Shown: positions 21,098-30,814, numbered from the stretch's first letter. The stretch is DNA of 64,000 nt from an uncultured Candidatus Saccharibacteria bacterium (GCA_946997535.1 CAMPVQ010000001.1:53131-117130), one strand, 5' to 3'. Program-made: numbers and translations. Notes: generated by a model from the letters alone, not told the origin.

Positions 21098-22723
21098 CTA
21101 GCTTCGTATATTGTATGCGTCACCATGTGGTGTACTATATGAACTGCGCAAACATTCAACCAATTTGTGTGGATCAGTATCACTGCAAACATCGCGATTT
21201 AATGTATTAAATGGATCGAACTCCTTTCGTAGCTTATCCATCACATCAATCACTTCCTTGTGTTGTACATTCCGTGCATATGGTGTTAACAATCGACCAA
21301 CACCTCCGTATCCAGCTATATCGCCATCTAATTCAAAGGCTGTTTGACTAAAATCCTTTAATAAACGAAATACTAACTGACGATGGCCAATACTGGATAA
21401 ATTCAATAATGGTCGGACTGTTACAGTACCAGCACCCAAATTACCCCAAACACCAGCTTTGATATGGTTATTATCTAATATGGCACGAACTCTATCAACC
21501 AAATCCACAAAATGTTCCGGTACTACCGCCAAGCTATCAACTAAACGTATTGCAGCATTACCATCATCACTATAATTGTTAATAATATACGTAGAATCCC
21601 TTAATGCAGCTAATTCCATACGGTCATCGGCGCTAACCGCCACCTTAGCATCCACTACACCGGACGAGTCCAATATCTTACCGGCCTTCCTTAGCTGTTT
21701 AGCTTGATGTTTGCCATCAAACGACATAAATATTAATAACTTAGGAATATTTTTTGTAACTAGCCTCCACGGTTCATATCCAGTAGTTTCTGTAATTAAC
21801 TTCAATGTATCACCATCTATAAAAGTGAATGTGCTAGGCGCCAACTGGGACAAACGATCAAATAAGTCAGACTCATTCTGGTCTGCCGTAATAGCAGCCG
21901 CCACCATTGATTGTTCCTCTGGCAAATCGTCAAGTTTTAGAATAGCTTGTGTAATAATACCTAAAGTACCTTGCGCCCCAATAAACAACGGCGTTAAATC
22001 AAAATTGCCGTCCTTGTCTTTTACTCGGTCAAGCGCGCATACAGTACTATCTAAAGCACGACCAGCACTAATTGCATCTATTGTTTCAGGGTTATCTTCA
22101 ATCAATGAATCAACAAAACGATATAGGTCACCCTCCATTGTTTCCAAGCCCTTCTTGGCACTTAGCTCGCGCTTGGTTAATTTACCGGTCTGAATCACTT
22201 CGCCATTAGCCAATACCACCTCTACACAATCAACACAATTTAACATGTCACCGTACTTAATATAGCTATCAGTTATTGTATTTGAGCTCAACATACCACC
22301 AATTGTACAATCAGTAATAGCGCCATCATCAACTAATAACCTCAAACCATGCGTAGCCATTGCTTCACGCAGTGTCATTAATTTAATACCCGCCTGCACA
22401 CGAACTAACTTGGATTTAGTATCTAGCTCCATAATATGATTCATGTAGTTTTGCATAGATAAGATGATACCGTCAGTAATAGCTGCACCAGTTGAATCCG
22501 TACCAGATCCCCTAGCGGTCAATGACAAAAATTGTCCTCGCTCAGCTAGACGCCAAGCAAATCGAGCCACTTTGCGCACATCATCCAAAGTTCTAGGGAG
22601 CACCACTAAACGCGGAATTATACTAAGCACACTACCATCAGTTGAATAACGTTCTCTTGATCCAATATCAGATAATACATCGCCAGATAATCTCTGATTT
22701 AAATAGTCCCCTATCTTGCTCAT
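21098..22723 (-). CDS. FAD-linked oxidase (GlcD / D-lactate dehydrogenase family)
   Basis: FAD-binding PCMH-type domain (LSLTARGSGTDSTGAAI). The true start is MSKIGDYL at 22723, because the longer track ORF overlaps tRNA-Leu(TAG). Confidence 0.75.
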   Translation of the reverse strand: MSKIGDYLNQRLSGDVLSDIGSRERYSTDGSVLSIIPRLVVLPRTLDDVRKVARFAWRLAERGQFLSLTARGSGTDSTGAAITDGIILSMQNYMNHIMELDTKSKLVRVQAGIKLMTLREAMATHGLRLLVDDGAITDCTIGGMLSSNTITDSYIKYGDMLNCVDCVEVVLANGEVIQTGKLTKRELSAKKGLETMEGDLYRFVDSLIEDNPETIDAISAGRALDSTVCALDRVKDKDGNFDLTPLFIGAQGTLGIITQAILKLDDLPEEQSMVAAAITADQNESDLFDRLSQLAPSTFTFIDGDTLKLITETTGYEPWRLVTKNIPKLLIFMSFDGKHQAKQLRKAGKILDSSGVVDAKVAVSADDRMELAALRDSTYIINNYSDDGNAAIRLVDSLAVVPEHFVDLVDRVRAILDNNHIKAGVWGNLGAGTVTVRPLLNLSSIGHRQLVFRLLKDFSQTAFELDGDIAGYGGVGRLLTPYARNVQHKEVIDVMDKLRKEFDPFNTLNRDVCSDTDPHKLVECLRSSYSTPHGDAYNIRS

Positions 22724-22766
22724 ATCACTAGTATAGCATAACCAAGATAATATTTTAAAATAAAAT

Positions 22767-22780
22767 AGCCCGAGTGGGCT
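22767..22780 (-). terminator. Hairpin plus T-tract after tRNA-Leu(TAG)
   Basis: agccc-gagt-gggct followed by ATTTTATTTTAAAATATT on the minus strand. Confidence 0.45.
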
Positions 22781-22797
22781 AATGATTACAATAATAC

Positions 22798-22882
22798 TGG
22801 TGCGCGAGAGAGGACTTGAACCTCCACGCCCGAAGGCATATGCTCCTAAGGCATACGTGTATACCAATTTCACCACTCGCGC
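22798..22882 (-). tRNA. tRNA-Leu (TAG), CCA encoded
   Basis: Acceptor GCGCGAG, anticodon stem TATGC/GCATA with loop CTTAGGA, long variable arm. Confidence 0.9.
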
Positions 22883-22961
22883 AAATCAAATGGCTAATAA
22901 TATAATAACAAATAACAATATTTATTTCAACTATATTTTTAAACTAGTTTATAATTATAGC

Positions 22962-24167
22962 ATGGATAGTAGACAGCCACTAGCAGAACAATTACGCCCA
23001 CAAAACTTATCTGACGTAGTCGGCCAGCCCGAAGCAGTTGAGATATTGACTAAAATAGTAGCCAGTAGTCACCCTGCTTCGCTCATCTTATGGGGTCCAC
23101 CAGGCACCGGTAAAACTACTCTAGCACGTATCATAGCCCACGAATTTAATGCTGATTTTGTCGAACTATCCGCCGTCAATGCAAAACGCGCCGACGTAGA
23201 CCAAGTAATTGAGCATGCTCGACAAAATTGGAATCTACAAATTCGTACAATTTTATTTATCGATGAAATCCACCGCTTTAACAAAGCACAACAAGATGCC
23301 TTTTTACCACATGTTGAATCAGGACTAATTACTTTAATTGGCGCCACCACAGAAAATCCATCCTTTGAAGTTATTGCTCCACTTATTTCTCGAGCGCGCG
23401 TTATTGTGCTGCACCAATTATCTGAAAGCAGCTTAATAGAAATACTCCAACATGCAGTTAAACTACTCAGCAACGATATTAAAATATCAGATGAATCTGT
23501 CAAATTAATCGCTCAGTTGTCGCACGGTGATGCGCGAGCTGCCTTAGGTAACCTAGAGATGGCGGCAACGTTCACTAATGGCAAAATTATTACACCTAAA
23601 GTTGTTGCTCAAGCAGCTGGAACTAAGCTACCTCGCTATGATAAAAATGCCGACTCACACTACGATTTAATCAGTGCCTTTATTAAATCCATGCGCGGCA
23701 GCGACGAACGTGCTACCTTGTACTACTTAGCCCGCATGATTGAGGCTGGCGAAGACCCTAAATTTATTGCCCGCCGCATGATTGTTTTTGCCAGTGAAGA
23801 CATTGGGCTAGCTGGTAATGGCGCGCTGGGCCTAGCAACTAGTGCATCACTAGCGCTAGAAAGAATTGGCATGCCAGAAGGCGGTATCGTATTATCTCAT
23901 ACAGCATTAGCTTTGGCTAAATCAAAAAAATCACGCGAATCCTATAATGCTTGGCAACAAGCAAAGCTAGCTGCTACTACCCTACCAAATGCCGAGGTAC
24001 CACTCAATCTTCGTAACGCACCAACAAAGCTAATGAAAGACTTGGGCTATAACCAAGGCTACAAATGGGTTGCCGGCTTTCATCAAACCGGTAGCTACTT
24101 AGCCCCGGAAGTAGATAAATTTTATAATCAGCTTAGACTTAACGATCCGTCGACGCGTCCCGACTAA
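22962..24167 (+). CDS. rarA: Replication-associated recombination protein A (AAA ATPase)
   Basis: [12 protein letters not shown], Walker [10 protein letters not shown] and a MgsA C-terminal domain. The true start is MDSRQ at 22962, as the track ORF extends over the tRNA. A TATAAT lies 7 nt upstream, so the transcript may be leaderless. Confidence 0.88.
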   Translation: MDSRQPLAEQLRPQNLSDVVGQPEAVEILTKIVASSHPASLILWGPPGTGKTTLARIIAHEFNADFVELSAVNAKRADVDQVIEHARQNWNLQIRTILFIDEIHRFNKAQQDAFLPHVESGLITLIGATTENPSFEVIAPLISRARVIVLHQLSESSLIEILQHAVKLLSNDIKISDESVKLIAQLSHGDARAALGNLEMAATFTNGKIITPKVVAQAAGTKLPRYDKNADSHYDLISAFIKSMRGSDERATLYYLARMIEAGEDPKFIARRMIVFASEDIGLAGNGALGLATSASLALERIGMPEGGIVLSHTALALAKSKKSRESYNAWQQAKLAATTLPNAEVPLNLRNAPTKLMKDLGYNQGYKWVAGFHQTGSYLAPEVDKFYNQLRLNDPSTRPD

Positions 24168-24852
24168 CTAAATTCTTATTGTTATCCTCGGTTTGCTTAA
24201 CGTAACTAGCTACAGATTTTACACCCAATACGCCAGATACCGTTGCAGCAAGTGCACCAATAAACTTCACTTTCTTAGCTAAGCTAGATTTACTTTGTTC
24301 TTTAGCCACGTTTCCGCCAATAATTCCTGCCATTGCCACCCAGCGCGATGCTTCAGCTATCTTGCCTTCGCCAGTGGTCTTTGGCTCATGGCGTAAAACA
24401 AACTTAGCAACACCGTTTAGTGCCCAACCGGCCATTTTTGGCCCATAAATTACCGCTAACTCAGACTTTTTTATCATTTTAGTATCGCAAGCTGTCTTCG
24501 CAATTAATGCAGCCTTCGCTCCATCAGCCGCAATATCGCCCCAACGCCCAGCGGGATAATTAGCTACACGCGTTTTACGCGCCAAGGCGCCATCCACTAA
24601 ATCGCATGCTGCACCAAGCGCCACCAACCCAATACCTCTAGCGCGATGACCATGTTTAAATTGATTGCATCCTAATGCCACCAACCCAATACCCGCAATA
24701 GTAATTAAATTCGGTAACGTCACGATACCGTGGGTTTGTTCTGCTATCTTTTGCATAGCAGTTAACTCTTTACCGTCAGCCATATCCTGCTGGGGCATCG
24801 GTACTAAATCCTTATCTAACTTATTGGAATTATTCATTATGTGTATCCGCAA
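24139..24852 (-). CDS. CDP-alcohol phosphatidyltransferase family protein
   Basis: Motif DGALAR(x9)GRWGD(x3)D with multiple TM helices. The 3' end overlaps rarA convergently. Confidence 0.75.
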   Translation of the reverse strand: MRIHIMNNSNKLDKDLVPMPQQDMADGKELTAMQKIAEQTHGIVTLPNLITIAGIGLVALGCNQFKHGHRARGIGLVALGAACDLVDGALARKTRVANYPAGRWGDIAADGAKAALIAKTACDTKMIKKSELAVIYGPKMAGWALNGVAKFVLRHEPKTTGEGKIAEASRWVAMAGIIGGNVAKEQSKSSLAKKVKFIGALAATVSGVLGVKSVASYVKQTEDNNKNLVSRDASTDR

Positions 24853-26023
24853 ATTTTTTGATCATATTTTTTAGCAACCTCTTGTCACACATTTCATTTT
24901 TATGATCATATTTTTTCACCACCTCTATAATATCACATATAACTTTTTCGTCATACCACGCAACTAGCCAATCAGCGTTTATAATTAAATAACGCAAAAG
25001 AGCGCGCCACACTTCAATGCCGCACCGCGGACACAACACTACAGCATCACAAACGTCTTTTAACCACCCCTCTACTGCACTACGCTTAGCTAGATTGTCA
25101 ATTATCTTGTCGGCTATTATTGGCGAACTGGACTTATCTAATATATCAGAAGCCATATAATTAGCTTTAGGCCAGTTCATCTCACTAGCAAATTTTGCTA
25201 AAATATCCGCAATATAGTCCGCGCGCTCCACACTGTTTATTGGGCTTAAGTCATAAGTCACTCCCACCCCGCCACAATAAGCCGTCTTAGTTGCCCTACT
25301 ATAAGCCTCTTGCGGATTCAACTTAGCATTCTTAATACAATCAAGCAGCTCGTCTTCAGTATGAACTAGAAGCATCCAAGCTCCATTGCCCAATGGTTTA
25401 ACTACTCCTATACACCTCAGCTCATTAACTATATCAACAAACTCTGCTTCATTAATACAAAATAATTCTTTTAAACAATCTGGGTTAGCCACATCCAAAG
25501 TAATCAGCGCTCGAGCAGCTGACTTTAGAGTGAGCTTACCACGCTTATTACGAACTAATTTAGCTATCTGCAATATCTTCTGCATTTCATCGCCGCAGCA
25601 AGTATCATCACTATAATTGCTCAGCATTAATTGTTTTAGCGTATTAAATATTTCTATATTACTTGGCTTTAACTGAAATCGGTCACTATAAATCAAGCTA
25701 TTACAACCTACAACAATTTTATGATCATGTTTTACATACACCTCTGTATCAAATAGCCTAAACGACAAAAAATTTGCATCATTTTGCTTAATTTCTTCCA
25801 ATAATTTACCCATAGCGTATGACGTTGCATCCTTCTGATTTGGTGTAATTCTTACACTACGCACCGCAACATTATCGCACTGCTCAACATACAGTAATAT
25901 ATTGCTTAGATTATGCTCATTTTTTTGAAATTCAGCATATAATACTTGGCTTAATCTGATCATATTATTCTCCCGCACACATTGTTTAAGGGTATTATAT
26001 AATAAATGCATGAAAGATTCCAT
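24830..26023 (-). CDS. Hypothetical Cys-rich cytoplasmic protein (397 aa) with no recognisable family
   Basis: Long ORF containing CC, CxxC and CPRC motifs. It is AT-rich compared with its neighbours. The start may be M21 at 25963. Confidence 0.5.
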   Translation of the reverse strand: MESFMHLLYNTLKQCVRENNMIRLSQVLYAEFQKNEHNLSNILLYVEQCDNVAVRSVRITPNQKDATSYAMGKLLEEIKQNDANFLSFRLFDTEVYVKHDHKIVVGCNSLIYSDRFQLKPSNIEIFNTLKQLMLSNYSDDTCCGDEMQKILQIAKLVRNKRGKLTLKSAARALITLDVANPDCLKELFCINEAEFVDIVNELRCIGVVKPLGNGAWMLLVHTEDELLDCIKNAKLNPQEAYSRATKTAYCGGVGVTYDLSPINSVERADYIADILAKFASEMNWPKANYMASDILDKSSSPIIADKIIDNLAKRSAVEGWLKDVCDAVVLCPRCGIEVWRALLRYLIINADWLVAWYDEKVICDIIEVVKKYDHKNEMCDKRLLKNMIKKFADTHNE

Positions 26024-26666
26024 TCTGGCGTTTCTATTTCGATTTGGGCTGGGCGCAATATATCGCCTGCTCTATCAGCCAAAGATAGTACGCCCAGTTA
26101 AACTTCCTCGGACTCGCGCCATTCTAGTCGGTAATCACACTAGCTATTATGACCCCATTACTATTGGCATCTTTTGCAATCGCTTTCCACATTTTATGGC
26201 AAAACGCGAATTGTTCGCTGCGCCATTTGGTTGGTTCTTTAAATGGCTCGGTCTAATTAAAGTAGACCGCGACCAACCACATCAAGCCTTCACTGAAGCT
26301 AAGAAGATATTAGAATCTAACCATATAGTTTTATGCTTTCCCGAGGGTACTACTAGATGGAAAAAGCCTAACGAGCTTTTACCGTTTAAGAATGGTGCCA
26401 TTAGACTAGCCAAGGAGACCGGAGCACCCATTATACCATTTGCTATCGTAGGACACCCACAACTATTTCGCCATTCCACTACAGTAATATTTGGTAGCCC
26501 AATAGACGTAACCGATGCCAATGACGCAACAAATGAGATATTGCGAAACGCAGTGGCTAGATTAATGCAAGAAATTAATGGGGAAAAAATTAATCTTATA
26601 TCCGGTAAGCCCGCACGCAATCCATCAAAATGTCCACCGCCAAGCCGTAAATCTGGTAAAATATAA
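26010..26666 (+). CDS. plsC: 1-acyl-sn-glycerol-3-phosphate acyltransferase (PlsC family)
   Basis: HX4D motif NHTSYYD and FPEGTTR motif. Confidence 0.8.
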   Translation: MKDSILAFLFRFGLGAIYRLLYQPKIVRPVKLPRTRAILVGNHTSYYDPITIGIFCNRFPHFMAKRELFAAPFGWFFKWLGLIKVDRDQPHQAFTEAKKILESNHIVLCFPEGTTRWKKPNELLPFKNGAIRLAKETGAPIIPFAIVGHPQLFRHSTTVIFGSPIDVTDANDATNEILRNAVARLMQEINGEKINLISGKPARNPSKCPPPSRKSGKI

Positions 26667-26668
26667 TT

Positions 26669-28390
26669 ATGGCTAGAAAAATTAAGGCTCCTTGGCTCAA
26701 GTCATACGGTAATCGCAAAAAATCTTTACGTTACCCAAACATTTCCATCTACGACTTTATTGAACGCAACGCTACACGGAACCCAAGCGACATTGCGATA
26801 GACTATTTTGGCAATCAAGTTAGCTACGATGATTTAATGCGTCATATTGACCACGCCGCCCGCGGCTTTCGCGAATTAGGCATTAAAAAAGGTGATGTTA
26901 TTTCAATCTGCAGCGCCAATATTCCCGAAGCTATTTATGCTATTTATGCAGCCAGTAAAATCGGCGCTATCGCCAATATCTTTCATCCGCTATCGGCACC
27001 CGAGGAAATTAAGTATTACCTCAATCTCACTTCAAGCCGCTACTTAGTAATGATTAACGTATCTTGGCCTATGGTAAAGCCAATTATCGATGAAACTAAT
27101 GTCGAAAAAGTTATTGTAATTGATCCACTAGCTTCACTACCATTCGTACCACGTTATGGTATGAAGATAGCATCGCTAATTCCAATCATCGGCAAAAAGC
27201 AAGAGACACCACGTGGCGACAAGGTAATGCTCTGGTCTGATTTAATTGCTCAAGGCGCACGCTTTTATGGGAACACTAACGCACACACTAAAAGTAAAGA
27301 TTTAGCAGCCATCATTTACAGTGGCGGCACTACCGGAACCCCTAAGGGAGTGGCTCTAAGTAATCTTTCATTTAACTCTATGGCAATGCAAGTCCGCGAA
27401 ATGTTCCCTTCATTCGCTTTACCCGGTAAAAGCATTCTTGGTATTATGCCGATATTCCACGGCTTCGGACTAGCGGTGGGCATTCATGCGATGTTTGTTA
27501 ATGACATGAAAGTAAGTATGTACCCTAAGTTTGACATTAAACGCTTTGATCGCATCTTAAAACAAAGCCGACCAAACTTAATGGTTGGCGTGCCAACGCT
27601 TTACGAAGCGTTGTTGCGCAATCGCCATATTAAGCACCTCGACCTAAGCTGTATTGAGCTAGCAATCTCTGGTGGCGACTTATTAGACGACTCATTAAAA
27701 CAAGACGTTGAAAAACTACTCCGCAAGGCCGGCAGTCAAGCAAATCTAATCCAAGGCTATGGACTAGCTGAATGTCTCTCAGTATCGTGCGTAACACCAG
27801 AAGACCAATACCGACCATACACGGTAGGTATGCCAATGCAGGATGTATATTACAAAATAGTTGAACCAGGAACCGGTATCGAGAAGCCTTATGGCGAACT
27901 TGGCGAAATTATTATTACTGGGCCAAATCTTATGTCTGGCTATGTTAACAATGCCGAAGAGACCAACAAGGCTTTGCAAAAACACGACGATGGCCATATC
28001 TGGCTCCATACCGGCGACATCGGATATATGGATAAAGATGGCTACGTTTACTTTAAACAACGACTCAAGCGCATTATTATTAGTAGTGGCTACAATATTT
28101 ATCCTAGTCAGGTTGAATCAGTAATTTGTAAGCTGCCACAAGTATTAATGGCAACAGTGGTTGGCATTCCTGACCCATATCGTGGACAAATCGCCAAAGC
28201 ATTTATTGTGCTAAAAGATGGATTTAAGCCAAACGGCGAAATGCGCGCACTCATACTTGACCAATGCAAAAAGCATCTCGCAAAATTCGAGATGCCACGA
28301 GCTATCGAGTTCCGCAAAAGTTTACCAAAGACCAAAGTTGGCAAAGTTGCCTACCGTGAGTTAGAGCAAGAATCTAACGAGAAAAATTAG
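26669..28390 (+). CDS. Long-chain fatty acid--CoA ligase (AMP-binding family)
   Basis: AMP-binding motif YSGGTTGTPKGV, GYGLAEC and a C-terminal YRTGD-like HTGDIGYMDKDGYVYF; 573 aa. Confidence 0.85.
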   Translation: MARKIKAPWLKSYGNRKKSLRYPNISIYDFIERNATRNPSDIAIDYFGNQVSYDDLMRHIDHAARGFRELGIKKGDVISICSANIPEAIYAIYAASKIGAIANIFHPLSAPEEIKYYLNLTSSRYLVMINVSWPMVKPIIDETNVEKVIVIDPLASLPFVPRYGMKIASLIPIIGKKQETPRGDKVMLWSDLIAQGARFYGNTNAHTKSKDLAAIIYSGGTTGTPKGVALSNLSFNSMAMQVREMFPSFALPGKSILGIMPIFHGFGLAVGIHAMFVNDMKVSMYPKFDIKRFDRILKQSRPNLMVGVPTLYEALLRNRHIKHLDLSCIELAISGGDLLDDSLKQDVEKLLRKAGSQANLIQGYGLAECLSVSCVTPEDQYRPYTVGMPMQDVYYKIVEPGTGIEKPYGELGEIIITGPNLMSGYVNNAEETNKALQKHDDGHIWLHTGDIGYMDKDGYVYFKQRLKRIIISSGYNIYPSQVESVICKLPQVLMATVVGIPDPYRGQIAKAFIVLKDGFKPNGEMRALILDQCKKHLAKFEMPRAIEFRKSLPKTKVGKVAYRELEQESNEKN

Positions 28391-28420
28391 TTGCATTGCT
28401 AGGTCTATATCTGCTATAGT
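28391..28420 (+). promoter_or_regulatory. Candidate promoter TTGCAT-18-TATAGT for the tRNA-Leu/Val pair
   Basis: The -10 ends 8 nt before the tRNA 5' end. Confidence 0.35.
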
Positions 28421-28428
28421 ATAGGTAC

Positions 28429-28515
28429 GCGCGCGTGCTGGAATTGGTAGACAGGCATGCTTGAGGTGCATGTGTCGCAAGCGACGTGGAAGTTCAAGTC
28501 TTCTCGCGCGCACCA
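28429..28515 (+). tRNA. tRNA-Leu (GAG), CCA encoded
   Basis: Acceptor GCGCGCG, anticodon loop TTGAGGT, long variable arm. Confidence 0.9.
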
Positions 28516-28516
28516 T

Positions 28517-28593
28517 GGGTTGGTAGCTCAGTTGGCTAGAGCGCCACATTCACACTGTGGAGGTCGGGAGTTCAAGTCTCTTCCAGCCCACCA
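28517..28593 (+). tRNA. tRNA-Val (CAC), CCA encoded
   Basis: Anticodon stem CCACA/TGTGG with loop TTCACAC; T-loop TTCAAGT. Confidence 0.9.
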
Positions 28594-28603
28594 GACATTA
28601 TTA

Positions 28604-28637
28604 CACCCTACTTCAGTAGGGTGCTTTTATTTTTATT
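28604..28637 (+). terminator. Rho-independent terminator after the plus-strand tRNAs
   Basis: caccctac-ttcag-tagggtg followed by CTTTTATTTTTATT. Confidence 0.8.
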
Positions 28638-28656
28638 ATGCTTCATAAAATTAAAA

Positions 28657-28676
28657 GCCAAGGCAATCGCCTTGGC
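28657..28676 (-). terminator. Terminator after the minus-strand tRNA-Val/Ala pair
   Basis: gccaagg-caatcg-ccttggc followed by a T-rich run on the minus strand. Confidence 0.65.
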
Positions 28677-28684
28677 AATAATAC

Positions 28685-28761
28685 TGGTGGAGCACAGCGG
28701 ATTTGAACCGCTCACCTCTTCGCTGCCAGCGAAGCGCTCTAGCCAAATGAGCTAGTGCCCC
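28685..28761 (-). tRNA. tRNA-Ala (GGC), CCA encoded
   Basis: G3:U70 pair, anticodon loop CTGGCAG. Confidence 0.9.
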
Positions 28762-28764
28762 AAA

Positions 28765-28841
28765 TGGTGGGTCGCAAGAGGCTCGAACTCCTGACCCCCT
28801 CGGTGTAAACGAGGTGCTCTAGCCAACTGAGCTAGCGACCC
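28765..28841 (-). tRNA. tRNA-Val (TAC), CCA encoded
   Basis: Anticodon loop TTTACAC, T-loop TTCGAGC. Confidence 0.9.
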
Positions 28842-28873
28842 AACAAAACTTAGTTTATCACACTGCATTATCT

Positions 28874-28902
28874 TTGGCAACATTTTAATTTTGTGTTATA
28901 AT
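28874..28902 (+). promoter_or_regulatory. Promoter TTGGCA-17-TGtTATAAT (extended -10) for typA
   Basis: -35 at 28874-28879, TG at 28894-28895 and -10 at 28897-28902. SD GAGGAAG follows. Confidence 0.5.
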
Positions 28903-28928
28903 AACTGCCGAGGAAGCACCTGCTTAAT

Positions 28929-30767
28929 ATGGTGCAAATTTTTATGTATACACCAGATAAAATTCGTAATATTGCAATTATTGCACACGTCGACCACGGC
29001 AAAACCACCTTGCTTGATGGTTTATTAAAACAATCCCACACTTTTCGCGACAATTCCGCAGAAATGGGCGAACATTTAATTATGGATAGTGGCGATCAGG
29101 AGCATGAGCGCGGTATCACTATTACTGCCAAAACTACGGCAATTCATTATGATAATTACAAAATTAACATTATCGATACCCCAGGGCATGCCGACTTTGG
29201 TGGCGAGGTAGAGCGCACTTTGCAGATGGCTGACGGTGTTCTATTAATTGTTGACGCTGCTGAAGGTCCAATGCCACAAACTAAATTCGTTTTAAGTAAG
29301 GCACTTGAGCTCGGCCTTAAGCCGCTAGTAATCATTAATAAAATTGACAAACCAGCACGTCGCATTGAAGCGGTAAAAGACGAAATTGCTGATTTATTCC
29401 TCGAACTCGCCACAACCGATGACCAGCTAGAATACCCAATTTACTATGCCATTGGTCGCGAAGGTAAGTCATGGAACGAAATGCCAGATGACCCAAGTGA
29501 ACCAGCTGATTTAAAGCCAATTTTTGAAGCAATTATTAAACAAATCCCAGCACCAAAGGTTGACACCGATGGTCCATTTCGCATGTTAGTCACTTCCTTG
29601 CAATACGATAGCTTCCTTGGCAAATACGCCCTCGGTCGCATCGAGCGCGGTACCGCTAAAGCTGGTATGCCAATTTGCTTAATTGATTACAACGACAATA
29701 TTAAGCAAGCTAAGATTGATAAATTGTTCACCTACGAAGGTCTCGAAAAGCAAGAAATTAAGGAAGGCCTAGCTGGTGACATTGTTGCTATTACTGGAGT
29801 TGGTGATGCTAAAATTGGCGAAACAATCGCCGACCCAAGCGACTCAACGCCATTGCCTCGTATCGAAGTCGAAAAACCAACCATATCAATCTATCTCGGA
29901 CCTAACACATCGCCATTTAAAGGGCGCGAAGGTGAATTTAACACATCACGTCAAATTGCCGACCGTCTCAATCGCGAGCTAGAAACGAATGTTTCCCTAC
30001 GTGTCGAACCAGACGGCATCGGCTTCAAGGTCAGTGGTCGTGGTGAGCTTCACCTATCAGTCCTTATTGAAGCAATGCGTCGCGAGGGCTATGAATTCGA
30101 AGTTGGTCGCCCACAAGTAGTTTTGTCAGAAGAGAACGGCCAGACTATGGAGCCAGTTGAGGAGCTATTTATTGAAGTAGCGCCTGAATTTGTTGGCGCC
30201 GTCGCGCAGGAACTGGGCACTCGCCACGCTGAATTAATCAAACAAGAAACTTCAGCGCAAGGTGCTATTCGTTCTACATATAAAATCACTTCTCGCGCCA
30301 TCATCGGCTTACACAACTTGCTGCTTACCGCTACTAAAGGCACGGTGATTATGAGTTCTCTACCAAATGGCTATCAGCCGCTTAGCGCGCCACTAGTTGG
30401 CTTGCGCAACGGCGCCTTAATTGCTGCTGAAACTGGTCCGTCTACCGCCTACGCTCTAGCAAACGCCGAAGCGCGTGGTGAGTTGTACATTGGACCTGGC
30501 GTAGAAGTCTATGCTGGTCAAATCGTCGGTCTCAACAAGCGCAAAGAAGACCTTGAAATTAACGTCTGTAAGGGTAAACAGCTCACCAACATGCGCAGTA
30601 AATCATCTGATGGCGCAATTCAGCTCACACCTTATACTGAAATGTCTCTCGAGCAATGTCTTGACTTCATTGAGAATGACGAACTACTTGAGGTTACACC
30701 GAAGAATCTTCGTCTCCGCAAAGCCGAACTAGACCCAATTAAACGCAAACGTGCTAAGCGCATCTAA
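28929..30767 (+). CDS. typA: Translational GTPase TypA/BipA
   Basis: G-domain AHVDHGKTT and DTPGHADF, EF-G-like domains; 612 aa. The start may be the ATG at 28944 (MYTPDKIRN). Confidence 0.9.
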   Translation: MVQIFMYTPDKIRNIAIIAHVDHGKTTLLDGLLKQSHTFRDNSAEMGEHLIMDSGDQEHERGITITAKTTAIHYDNYKINIIDTPGHADFGGEVERTLQMADGVLLIVDAAEGPMPQTKFVLSKALELGLKPLVIINKIDKPARRIEAVKDEIADLFLELATTDDQLEYPIYYAIGREGKSWNEMPDDPSEPADLKPIFEAIIKQIPAPKVDTDGPFRMLVTSLQYDSFLGKYALGRIERGTAKAGMPICLIDYNDNIKQAKIDKLFTYEGLEKQEIKEGLAGDIVAITGVGDAKIGETIADPSDSTPLPRIEVEKPTISIYLGPNTSPFKGREGEFNTSRQIADRLNRELETNVSLRVEPDGIGFKVSGRGELHLSVLIEAMRREGYEFEVGRPQVVLSEENGQTMEPVEELFIEVAPEFVGAVAQELGTRHAELIKQETSAQGAIRSTYKITSRAIIGLHNLLLTATKGTVIMSSLPNGYQPLSAPLVGLRNGALIAAETGPSTAYALANAEARGELYIGPGVEVYAGQIVGLNKRKEDLEINVCKGKQLTNMRSKSSDGAIQLTPYTEMSLEQCLDFIENDELLEVTPKNLRLRKAELDPIKRKRAKRI

Positions 30768-30769
30768 TA

Positions 30770-30800
30770 AAACGCCCCTCATACGAGGGGTGTTTTATTT
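30770..30800. terminator. Bidirectional terminator between convergent typA and uvrA
   Basis: aaaacgcccctc-atac-gaggggtgtttt, with A-run and T-run flanks. Confidence 0.8.
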
Positions 30801-30814
30801 ATTATGTATTGTAC

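Noticed and set aside
22724-22961. N-terminal extensions of the FAD oxidase and RarA ORFs across tRNA-Leu(TAG).
   Set aside because: Both extensions run through a perfectly folded tRNA. The internal Met starts (22723 and 22962) restore normal N-termini that match homologues.
28361-28648. Track ORFs 28361..28549 (-) and 28457..28648 (+).
   Set aside because: They are translations straight through the tRNA-Leu(GAG) and tRNA-Val(CAC) genes. The tRNA cloverleaves are unambiguous.
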